A stretch of 32,000 nucleotides of DNA from Candidatus Heimdallarchaeota archaeon B3_Heim (GCA_003144275.1 NJBF01000016.1:1-32000), one strand, 5' to 3'. Positions 1-8,641 are shown, numbered from the stretch's first letter. Numbers and translations: made by a program. The notes: generated by a model not told the origin, from the sequence alone.

Positions 1-263
1 ACTTGATAGCAGAAAGGTTGTAATTAATGTCAGGTGATAAAAATGTGATGATATAATCCATTAGACTTAAAAAGGCCAGTGAAGTGAAGTTACTCATCAA
101 TCGAGATTCTATATAATAAGGATTGGGTGTCATTTGAAAGAATCGTTAAATACCTAGACAAAAAAATGCATCCCTAGTTTTAATATTATATTTTATCCAG
201 ATTTAAGTTTAGGTGAGGCCTCGTATTATAGAGGTAATAATCCACAGAGTTAACGGGTTTAAT

Positions 264-659
264 ATGGTAGATTCTGTTAAGAAATTCGTTCGTAAATCTG
301 ATATCGAAAAAGATTCAGCTAATTTTTCTGAATATTCAATAATATTACCAAAAAATTGGTTTGATGACATTAAAGAAGATGAAATAAATAGTGTAAAGAA
401 AAAAATAAGAGATACATTTGATTATAGACAAAAGAAAGTTAAATCTGATAACCCTAACTATTTTTATTTACTAAAACTATTTGCACTGGGTTATCGGTAT
501 CCTAGAATCAAACAATGGTTAGAGAATCTGATAAATGAATTTAGATTGAATCTTCATAGCAAATTCGAGGAAAATATTAGTCGTCAAACTCTGATTACAC
601 CTTCCCCTGTAATACGCAAAAAAGTCATTGTAATATTTCTATGCGTCAAACAGAGATGA
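264..659 (+). CDS. Hypothetical protein (possibly a gene fragment)
   Basis: Open frame 213..659 (GTG at 213, ATG at 264). K/N/I-rich with no recognisable motif; the 3' end overlaps the convergent membrane-protein gene by 14 bp. Confidence 0.4.
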   Translation: MVDSVKKFVRKSDIEKDSANFSEYSIILPKNWFDDIKEDEINSVKKKIRDTFDYRQKKVKSDNPNYFYLLKLFALGYRYPRIKQWLENLINEFRLNLHSKFEENISRQTLITPSPVIRKKVIVIFLCVKQR

Positions 660-1257
660 TCGGTATAAACGGCATTATAACGGATGCAATAAAACTTATA
701 ACAAGGAGAAGTACCTTTACTCTTGGAAAGACAACTACATCGAAATTCTTCAAAATTAGAAACTTCTGTATAATGCTTAATTCATTATTTGAATCATAAT
801 TATCCAATAAATCCTGTTTAATTCTTTCAAGAACTTTATGACTTTTTCCATATTGTCGATATCCTAATATAAAGGCGAACAGGATTAACACCAACGAAGG
901 GAAGATCGATAATAGATAAGTTGGATAATTGTTGTAAATTGAAACTATCGTGTAGAAAGAATTTGGAAAAATTAGTATTAAAGCAATTAAAAATAAGTCG
1001 ATATCAATTCTAAGCATTGATTCATCAGTTTTTAAAAGGAAATCTTCAAATAATCTAAAAAACACTTCTAAATCGAAATCCTCTTCTTTTTTTCTTGACA
1101 AATCAAAATAGACGTAAATTAGTAGAAGGAATCCAGTAATCAATAGCATTAAAATAAATCCAAGAAAAGAGGGTGTAGAAATGTAGACATAAGTGATTAT
1201 TGGCCATAGAATATAACTGAAAATTATAATAAAGTATTTAAATATTATTTTTTTCAA
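646..1257 (-). CDS. Hypothetical integral membrane protein (4-5 predicted TM helices)
   Basis: 203 aa with hydrophobic stretches at about aa 8-27, 31-51, 88-107, 113-133 and 183-203. TTG start lies 15 nt after the ATPase stop, with GGGGA upstream. Confidence 0.7.
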   Translation of the reverse strand: MKKIIFKYFIIIFSYILWPIITYVYISTPSFLGFILMLLITGFLLLIYVYFDLSRKKEEDFDLEVFFRLFEDFLLKTDESMLRIDIDLFLIALILIFPNSFYTIVSIYNNYPTYLLSIFPSLVLILFAFILGYRQYGKSHKVLERIKQDLLDNYDSNNELSIIQKFLILKNFDVVVFPRVKVLLLVISFIASVIMPFIPIISV

Positions 1258-1272
1258 TTACAAGTGATCCCC

Positions 1273-3156
1273 TTATTTATGATGATGATTATATGCCCTA
1301 CTAAGTGTACTACGGTAATTGGATGGAACTTGACTTTTAAACTGACTATGATCATCTGGTGCCCATTTGAGAAAGATTTCTTTTGTAATTCCTTTATTTG
1401 TTAGAATTGTAGCAAGATTAAAGCTAATGTATCTTAAGGAGGCTAATTCCTCAATAGTGTCCTTCAATTCTTCATCTTCATCTAGTTTCTTGTCTTCATC
1501 AACAAGATCTTCAGAGCTATATTTTAGATCGAATAGGATTTTTTGTTTAATTTTTTCAAAATTTCCTGTTGAAATTTCTGTATCGTCCATTATTTCTGCA
1601 TCAGAGAGTTTTTTTCTTTTAAGGAGTTTAATAACCAGTCTTTCAGTCTTTTTATCAACAATATTATAAACAAATGTATCTGCATCAGAAAAATTAAGAT
1701 ATTTGAAGGCTTTGCTTTTCAAATTTGACCTAGTAACAATATTAAATTGAAAAGCAGTCGATAAATCAATCAGGAATCCCCTAGCATCTATCATTTGATT
1801 AGATCCCCGTCTTGAATAACTTACAAACGAGAGTATTCTAAAATAAAGCATTACTTGAAAGAAATTTTCGTTAAAATCATCAGTTATAAAGTAAAATTGG
1901 TTCTTTGAGTTTTTTAGCATTTTTCCCAGCTGAGCTAAATATGATGCAATGATCTCTGTACTTACTTTTTTTAATACATTTGGTACTTGTTGACGATAAT
2001 ACTTAACACAAGTATCATATACCATTTTTTGAGTGATTTTCTCTTTATTTGGATTTTCATCACAGATGTCGTGCATGAATTTTAGAAAATCCCTAATCTT
2101 AAAACCTGCAAAGAAACATAAATTACGGAAAGTTATTTGATCCTTAAATAAGCTCAATAATTTTTTGTCCTCAAGAATATCGCTTAATCTATTGCTTAAA
2201 ATATTGCTATAAAATACTAGAAGACGATTGTCTGCAGTAGAACCTGAAAATATTCCTTTAAATTCTAATTCAAAATGTAATTCGCTAAATCCATGTTCTA
2301 TAAAGTTATAATTTGAAGTATCTACATGAAAACGACCTTCCATCACTGAAACTTTGCATTTTATCTCTAAACGACGATAAGGGCTTTCACTTAAATCAAT
2401 AATAATGGGAGCTAGTAAATTTTGCCCTTCTTCAGTTAACATCGAAAATTCATCGAATATTAATAAGAATTTATTTATTTAAGTTAATTCTGAGAGAATT
2501 GTTAAGATTTCGTAAAACTCTTTATCTAAGATATCTTTGAAACCTATTTGATCAAATAATTTTTTAATAAGGGGCTTAAATTCAATAGAATCAGACTTTA
2601 GGTTAACCAAATCAAAAGGTTTCTCACAGTTCTTTCGAATCTCATCGATTCGTTCCGTAACTTTTTCATTATGATCCTCTGGACTTTTAAGTCCAAAAAT
2701 ATCGGAAACTAGACCAAAAATACCTTTAAATCTATTCCAGAAGGACTTGCTTTTTGTATCGATATAAGATTTATACATATTAGTAATCTCAAGTATAATT
2801 AAAAACCGTAAGTAACGATGAAATAGCAATCTTCGTTGAACTGTATCCAGTCCGATCTGATCAGCTGCTTTAAACGTCTCTCGGATGTCCGAAAGATCAA
2901 TAAATATAGGTAAAATTCCTTCTTTTGAATATAAGTAATCAAATTTGGCTTTTTTCAGGTAAAGGGTTTTTCCGACCCCCCGAGCTCCAAAAATTATTGA
3001 GTTATCATAGTCTTTTACTCGGTCATATAGAATATGAAACCGTGATGCTAATGACCCTTTAGGAATGTTGAAGTTGTTATCTACATCCTCCTTTGTAGAT
3101 ATAGAATTTGCATTTCTTGCAGTAAACTTAGGTTTCAATTCTTTAAGTAAAACCAT
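1273..3156 (-). pseudogene. P-loop ATPase (ORC/CDC6-like or STAND-like) interrupted by one in-frame TAA at 2481-2479
   Basis: The two track ORFs (2479..3156 and 1273..2442) are in the same frame. The 36 nt between them read INKFLLIFDEFS (Walker B); Walker A GARGVGKT is in the upstream part. GGAGAGGA RBS precedes ATG 3156. About 627 codons if joined. Confidence 0.8.
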
Positions 3157-3244
3157 AAAATCCTCTCCATATTAACTTTTAGTATTACCTCAAATGAATT
3201 ATGACGTTAATCAAGAAATAACATTAATAGCACAAGTAATTAAT

Positions 3245-3425
3245 TCAGCTCATAACTTGAATGTGATATCCTATCTTTCTACTTAAAAATTCTGGATAGT
3301 CAACATTCAACATATGTATGGAGATCGGATCATCTCCAGCATGCCCAGTAGTTCTCCCCCCTGTATATAGCATCAATCAATAAGGGAGCATCTTTCAACT
3401 CCTCAAATTTAAATTTGTTCGTCAT
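3245..3425 (-). pseudogene. Frameshifted, truncated 5' remnant of an LpnPI/AspBHI (MspJI-family) 5mC-dependent restriction endonuclease
   Basis: ATG 3425 reads MTNKFKFEELKDAPLLIDAIYRG; removing one base in the G6 run (3356-3361) continues RTTGHAGDDPIS. This matches the family N-terminus as recalled for LpnPI (DLIIDAVYEGGSSGNASDDPIS). Similarity stops near 3320; that frame ends at TGA 3247-3245. Confidence 0.75.
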
Positions 3426-3808
3426 ATTGATACCATCTATAAAAATATTCTTTAAAGCTCGTTGTCCCTTCTAACATTTTTTTTGGCTAAATAATACAAT
3501 TATAATGAAGTTAATAATTATTCCTATAATTCGTTATTATAACCAGTATGGATATTTTTATGTGATATTAATTCTAATGTGATTATTAGTATCATAACAG
3601 TAGTAGTGTTATGCTTTTTTATATGCTTTTATTCTAAGATTATAGAAAGTTATTCTTAGACAAAATATTGATGGAATTAGAAAACATTTTTTTTCCTTGT
3701 TTTCAAAGCTATACAAATCTTTGTAAAATCTATCAAAAAATGGGTATGGAAATAAGGTTTCATTCTTCAAATTCTTAGAAAAAAGAAACTTACAATTTAT
3801 GGAACGTT

Positions 3809-3838
3809 GGTTATTGCGAGATTTCGCTTAAATTGTTG
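3809..3838 (+). repeat. Left terminal inverted repeat of the IS
   Basis: Core 3817-3838 (CGAGATTTCGCTTAAATTGTTG) matches the reverse complement of 5403-5424 at 20/22 positions. Both ends start with GG. Confidence 0.75.
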
Positions 3839-3978
3839 TAACTGGGCTATGGGGAGGAAAGTTGCTAAAAAACCATGAAAATCTTTGAAAATAAGTGAAT
3901 GACAACGATGAGAATAATGAAAGGGGATAAAAGAGAGGGAAAGACTTAAAGGGGTAATGAGATAATTTTTTCAATACA

Positions 3979-5373
3979 ATGAGTCAAACAACAACTGTGC
4001 AAATACAAGTGGGATCACAACCACTAAAGAAACGATTAAAATACAATCAATCTTTTCTATCACTTCCTATTCCTCTAACTTGTCCGTTGTGCCAAGAAAA
4101 TGATATCGAGATAGGTACTTGGGGTAGCTATTCGACGACTACGGGAGAAGTAAGACGCTTTCGATGTAAAAACTGTTTAGGAACTTTTAATCCCGCTAAA
4201 ATTCCTTTTTGGAAAGAGAATGTTCAAGAAATTATCTGGAAATTAACTCAACTCGTCATTAAGGACAGATTCTCGGTGAATGCTCTGGGTGAAATGTGGG
4301 GGGTGCCGGAAACAACCCTACGAACCTTGGTGACCGCTATAAAGGAGTTCCTTGCTATGAACTTGGAACGAGCCAAACAGTTACAGGAACGACTGGGTGT
4401 TCCTAGCACCACGGAAACCTCCTCATTACGTACCATTTTTTATGATGAAGGATTCCTCAAATTACTGGGTGCAAATGGCTTTATAATCTTTACGCTCGCT
4501 GCTGATGGTACGCCTATCAACGTAGCTATTGAACCTAAGCGGGATGCACAAACAATTCATGGCTATTTCGTGCAGGCTATGACCCAACTAGGGGGAATAG
4601 ATGTTATTGTGGGTGATGGAGCAGTAGCTATCCTAGCAGCTGCGAAAGCCCTTCGTCAATCACTGATTCTAGTTCAACACATCCATCAAGGGAAGGGAAA
4701 ACGTGCAAGAATCACTACTCTGGAACCTATTCCCAACCGAAAAGCTCTTTGGGATATTACGATTGAACTTCATACAGGAACACTTCTTTCCAACGTGGAA
4801 TCCAGGATTATGACTAGGAAGAAAAAGGTCTATCCAGCTAAATGGTCAACGCCAGTAATCAAGAATAAAAGTAGGATAAAATGTAATAAAGAAAATAAAT
4901 CTTCCTCCAAGAGGACTAGTATCCTAACACCAACTGAAGGGGCTGGTCCAACAACAGAAGTACATAAAAGAAGAACCAGTTTCCTAAAGGGTCATGCAAT
5001 AGTTTTAAAAACTGCTAGCAATCCTTACGAGCTAGAAATCAACTATATTCCTGGAGAATCTAATCTTAATTCCCCCGAGTGTCCATCTCTAACGGAGGTG
5101 TATCCAATATTGGCGAGAGTACAACAGGCGTTACCAGATCAGTTTATTAATTCGAATCGCGCAGAAGTCTTTAACTCCCTCCATGATCGTTATAACGTCT
5201 ATTGGGGGCGAAAAACCCTTATCCATGCAAACCGAGATCTTAAAGCTTGGACTGCTGTTACCTTCTTCCCTGAAGGATCTCGTGCTCTTCTTCATCGTCA
5301 ATCATGGCATATTCCGTATCGTTTGTTATTTCAGCTATGGCCATTGATGATTTCTAGGGTTAAGATTTCCTAG
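3979..5373 (+). CDS. DDE transposase with N-terminal Zn ribbon and HTH
   Basis: CPLC...RFRCKNC Zn ribbon (IS1 InsA-like); HTH FSVNALGEMWGVPETTLRTLV; FYDE (D156), VIVGDG (D213), NSNRAEVFNS (E396). Confidence 0.85.
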   Translation: MSQTTTVQIQVGSQPLKKRLKYNQSFLSLPIPLTCPLCQENDIEIGTWGSYSTTTGEVRRFRCKNCLGTFNPAKIPFWKENVQEIIWKLTQLVIKDRFSVNALGEMWGVPETTLRTLVTAIKEFLAMNLERAKQLQERLGVPSTTETSSLRTIFYDEGFLKLLGANGFIIFTLAADGTPINVAIEPKRDAQTIHGYFVQAMTQLGGIDVIVGDGAVAILAAAKALRQSLILVQHIHQGKGKRARITTLEPIPNRKALWDITIELHTGTLLSNVESRIMTRKKKVYPAKWSTPVIKNKSRIKCNKENKSSSKRTSILTPTEGAGPTTEVHKRRTSFLKGHAIVLKTASNPYELEINYIPGESNLNSPECPSLTEVYPILARVQQALPDQFINSNRAEVFNSLHDRYNVYWGRKTLIHANRDLKAWTAVTFFPEGSRALLHRQSWHIPYRLLFQLWPLMISRVKIS

Positions 5374-5402
5374 TTTTCTTTTTAAAGGTCAACGGTGGTG
5401 TT

Positions 5403-5432
5403 CAACAATTTAGACGAAATCTCGAGTCTGCC
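5403..5432 (-). repeat. Right terminal inverted repeat of the IS
   Basis: CAACAATTTAGACGAAATCTCGAGTCTGCC, starting 30 nt after the transposase stop. Confidence 0.75.
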
Positions 5433-5610
5433 AATACAGAAAACCTTTTTTGATTATTTGACAATGATCTAATATTAAAATTGATGGAAATTATTAGTAA
5501 CACTGTAGTACAAAATTCACTCGCCCTTTGGTTGGGTTCATGACAATAACCAAAAAATACTGCCCAGTATTCATTAATACTACCAAGGGTGAAATGATAA
5601 ACGATTCCTT

Positions 5611-5636
5611 TATAAGGGGGTATTATAAGGGGGTAT
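5611..5636. repeat. Exact 13-bp tandem duplication (TATAAGGGGGTAT x2) upstream of the GTPase gene
   Basis: Read directly: 5611-5623 equals 5624-5636. Confidence 0.85.
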
Positions 5637-5747
5637 ATTAGTAAATTTTTTCAAGTAGCACTCACATAATACTCTGAATAGTATCAGTTACTCAAAAGTA
5701 AATAAGTAACGAGGCTGGGATAAAAAAACAATTTGGGAACAACAAAA

Positions 5748-6440
5748 ATGAGTCCAGGAGCATCGACACGTCGCACACATCCTTTCTCAGGAACGAAAAT
5801 ACGTGCTAAGATCGTTCTAATTGGAGATGGAGGAGTTGGTAAAACCGCACTTCGACGTGCATGGTTAGGAGAAGGTTTTAAAACAGAGTATCTCATGACT
5901 ATTGGTGCTGATTTTGCATCACAGGAAGTAACTTACTATCATTCACCTACAAAAACCACTTATGATATAAAATTCCAAGTTTGGGATTTAGCTGGTCAAC
6001 CAAGATTTAAAGCGGTACGAGATCTATATTACCGTGGTGCTGTCGGAGCACTGTGCTTTTTTGATGTGACGAATCAGGAATCATATATGAATCTCGTTGA
6101 ATGGATTCAAAGTTACTGGTCTCTAAACGGAATTGGTAAGAGTCCCTTGCTTATTGTCGGTTCCAAATGTGATCTTCGGGATAATCCTGCTTTTCCCGCA
6201 CAAGTATCTGGGCATTATGGTAAAGAATACGCTGGAGAACTAACCAAACTGCTTAAAGATAAACTAGGGTTTGCTGTTCATTACCTAGAAACCTCAGCGA
6301 AAGACAGAATTAATGTTGATAAAGCTTTCAAGATATTGGCTGGAGAAATCATTTCTAGTTATTCTTTTCAGGAAAAAAAAAGGAATGATAAATCCACAAG
6401 TCAAAAAAAAATGATTTCTGACCAGATTCGTTCCCATTAG
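5748..6440 (+). CDS. Rab-like small GTPase (Ras superfamily)
   Basis: G1 GDGGVGKT, G2 EYLMTIGADF, G3 WDLAGQ, RabF-like YYRGA, G4 SKCD, G5 ETSAK. ATG 5748 preferred over TTG 5733. Confidence 0.93.
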   Translation: MSPGASTRRTHPFSGTKIRAKIVLIGDGGVGKTALRRAWLGEGFKTEYLMTIGADFASQEVTYYHSPTKTTYDIKFQVWDLAGQPRFKAVRDLYYRGAVGALCFFDVTNQESYMNLVEWIQSYWSLNGIGKSPLLIVGSKCDLRDNPAFPAQVSGHYGKEYAGELTKLLKDKLGFAVHYLETSAKDRINVDKAFKILAGEIISSYSFQEKKRNDKSTSQKKMISDQIRSH

Positions 6441-6574
6441 CCCTTATTCGCATTATCGGTTTTGTAGTTATTTTTTATTTGGAACGTAACTTCGCAACAT
6501 TCTTCAAAGATTTGTTCCTATTTTGTATGTATCATACCGTGTAAATGGTTCCTAACCATATGGAGGTAAACTTC

Positions 6575-7804
6575 ATGAAACAGCTGACAAAGATTTTTAA
6601 GACGTTTAATTTTGATAAAGAAGCTCAAGAACAAAATGAAATGATACTTGACATGGTTTACGAGCTCGCAATGAATGAAATCATTGAAAAAGAACAAGAT
6701 TGGGATGAAGAGGGGGCACATTTTGACCCCGCTACAAAAAATGTCTCTTATCCTTCGGGTATGATGGATCTATACGAGAAATGTCAACAGAATGACCTTT
6801 TCTCGATTATCGTTCCTGAAAAGTATGATGGCTTTGGTCTTAGTTATACCTTATGGAATGCAGTTATTGAATTAATGGCTAGAGCCTCTCTAGCATTTTC
6901 CATGTTTTTCCCAAGCCAAGGCCTGAATATCGAAATAATTGATAAATTTGGAACTCCTGAGGCCAAGGAAAAATATTTGCCACTACTAGCCAGTGGTGAT
7001 GCCATAGGAGCAATGGCTTTCTCTGAACCAAATGCAGGATCTGATATTTCAGCCGTAACGACAAAAGCTGAAAAAGAAGGCGATTCCTACTATTTAACAG
7101 GCAATAAAATTTGGCTTTCTCATGGAGGAGCTGCTGGAACATACATTACTTTTGCTGTAACCGATAAAACAGCTGGGCCAAAAGGACTCAGTGCTTTCCT
7201 TGTAGATCCAAAAATCACGAAGGAAAATATGGAAGTTGTTGGAATTGAGGAAAAGATGGGCTTACATGGATCCATTACATCTTCAATGGCATTAGATCGC
7301 GCAGAAGTGCCCAAAGAGAATTTATTAGGAAAGGAGAATGACGGATTTAGACTTATCCTTGGAAGTCTGGCTTCTAGTAGGATAGGCATTGCAGCTCAAT
7401 CTGTAGGTATTTCCGAAACCGCACTTCAAGAAAGCATTAACTATTCTATGCAACGTGAGCAGTTTGGAAGACCCATTGGAAAACATCAAGCAATTTCATT
7501 CATGTTGGCTGACATGGCAACTAAAGTACATCAAGCTCGCTTATTATATTTGTCTACGGCTCACATGAAACACATGGGAGAAAACACACAAATTGAATCT
7601 TCCATGGCTAAATACTGGGCCACCGAATTAGCACAAAAAGTAACATATGATGCTGTTCAGGTTCATGGAGGTTATGGTTACTCCCGAAGTTATCGTGTTG
7701 AGCGATTGTTTAGAGATGCTCGGGTTTTAACAATTTACGAAGGAACTTCAGAAATGCAGAAGACGATTATTTCTCGTGGTGCCTTAGCTCGTGCTCAAAA
7801 GTAA
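6575..7804 (+). CDS. acd: Acyl-CoA dehydrogenase (short/medium-chain type)
   Basis: AFSEPNAGSD, GNKIWLSHG, QVHGGYGY, RDARVLTIYEGTSEMQ (catalytic Glu in IYEG). GGAGG RBS precedes ATG 6575. Confidence 0.95.
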   Translation: MKQLTKIFKTFNFDKEAQEQNEMILDMVYELAMNEIIEKEQDWDEEGAHFDPATKNVSYPSGMMDLYEKCQQNDLFSIIVPEKYDGFGLSYTLWNAVIELMARASLAFSMFFPSQGLNIEIIDKFGTPEAKEKYLPLLASGDAIGAMAFSEPNAGSDISAVTTKAEKEGDSYYLTGNKIWLSHGGAAGTYITFAVTDKTAGPKGLSAFLVDPKITKENMEVVGIEEKMGLHGSITSSMALDRAEVPKENLLGKENDGFRLILGSLASSRIGIAAQSVGISETALQESINYSMQREQFGRPIGKHQAISFMLADMATKVHQARLLYLSTAHMKHMGENTQIESSMAKYWATELAQKVTYDAVQVHGGYGYSRSYRVERLFRDARVLTIYEGTSEMQKTIISRGALARAQK

Positions 7805-7828
7805 AAATTAAGGATGGATGATTGAACA

Positions 7829-8629
7829 TTGAATATACTAGTTTTTGTAAAAGCAACAATTGATCGAAACGCTCCTTTAGATCCCGATGAGATTTTTCCA
7901 GGAGATCGGGATGATAAGAGCGATGTTATGACGAATAACTATGATAAGAACGCGATTGAAGCGGCTTTACGTATAGTAGAAGAGAAAGGTGAAGGTAAAG
8001 TTACTGCAGTTTGTCTTGGGTCTGACATGGCTGACAAAGTTGTTAAAGAAGCTATTGCTATGGGTTGTCATGAAGCAATTCGAATTGAGAACTCCAAGAC
8101 AGAAATCACTCATTTCTACTCAGTCGCTAAAATTCTCGCTGCTGCTGCTAAGAAAGTAGGTGAATATGATCTCCTACTTTTTGGAATGCAGAGTTATGAC
8201 TACGGGACAGCTACTATGGCGCCTATGGTGTCTGAATTTCTTGATCTGCCTCTTGCGTGTTGGGTTGAGAAAGTAGCCTTTAATAATGAAAAAGTTACAG
8301 TTGATAAGGTCATAGAAGGCGGGATCCGTAAAATTGAGCTTCAGCTGCCTGCTGTTCTTAGTATAGCAAGTTCTGGTGACTTTGAAGAACCCCGATACAC
8401 CAGTGTTAGAAGAATAATGAAAGCAAGTAAAACTGTTGTTCCAGTTTGGGAAATTGTCGATCTCGGCGTTGAAGAACAGAAACCCTCCGTTGAGTTTGAT
8501 GATATTGAAGAACCACCTGCTCGGACTGAAAAATGTGTTATTTTTGATGATGGCGATGCTAATGAATTGGTTGGTGAATTACTTGGAGCCTTGAAAGAAA
8601 AAGGCTTAAATCTAGGAGCTTTCAAATAA
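7829..8629 (+). CDS. etfB: Electron transfer flavoprotein beta subunit
   Basis: MNILVFVK, NNYDKNAIEAAL, AIAMGCHEAIRI, LPAVLSI, EPRYTS; TTG start. Confidence 0.93.
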   Translation: MNILVFVKATIDRNAPLDPDEIFPGDRDDKSDVMTNNYDKNAIEAALRIVEEKGEGKVTAVCLGSDMADKVVKEAIAMGCHEAIRIENSKTEITHFYSVAKILAAAAKKVGEYDLLLFGMQSYDYGTATMAPMVSEFLDLPLACWVEKVAFNNEKVTVDKVIEGGIRKIELQLPAVLSIASSGDFEEPRYTSVRRIMKASKTVVPVWEIVDLGVEEQKPSVEFDDIEEPPARTEKCVIFDDGDANELVGELLGALKEKGLNLGAFK

Positions 8630-8641
8630 GGGTGATCTAAA

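Larger units (their letters stand above)
3809..5432 (+). mobile_element. Insertion sequence (~1.62 kb) with a DDE transposase and imperfect terminal inverted repeats; IS1/IS6/IS1595-like architecture
   Basis: Left end GGTTATTGCGAGATTTCGCTTAAATTGTTG; right end (reverse complement) GGCAGACTCGAGATTTCGTCTAAATTGTTG. These bracket a single transposase ORF. No target-site duplication found. Confidence 0.75.

Noticed and set aside
2479-2481. Stop-codon reassignment or programmed read-through of TAA
   Set aside because: TAA ends many intact genes here (acd, etfB, etfA, ppsA). No other internal stops were seen in conserved genes.
3430-3808. Coding or ncRNA potential of the AT-rich stretch left of the IS
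   Set aside because: Low complexity, frequent stops and no recognisable motif apart from one palindrome.
5611-5636. Origin recognition box (ORB), suggested by the G-string
   Set aside because: It lacks the TTCCA...TGGAA core of ORBs, and no canonical orc1/cdc6 gene is adjacent.
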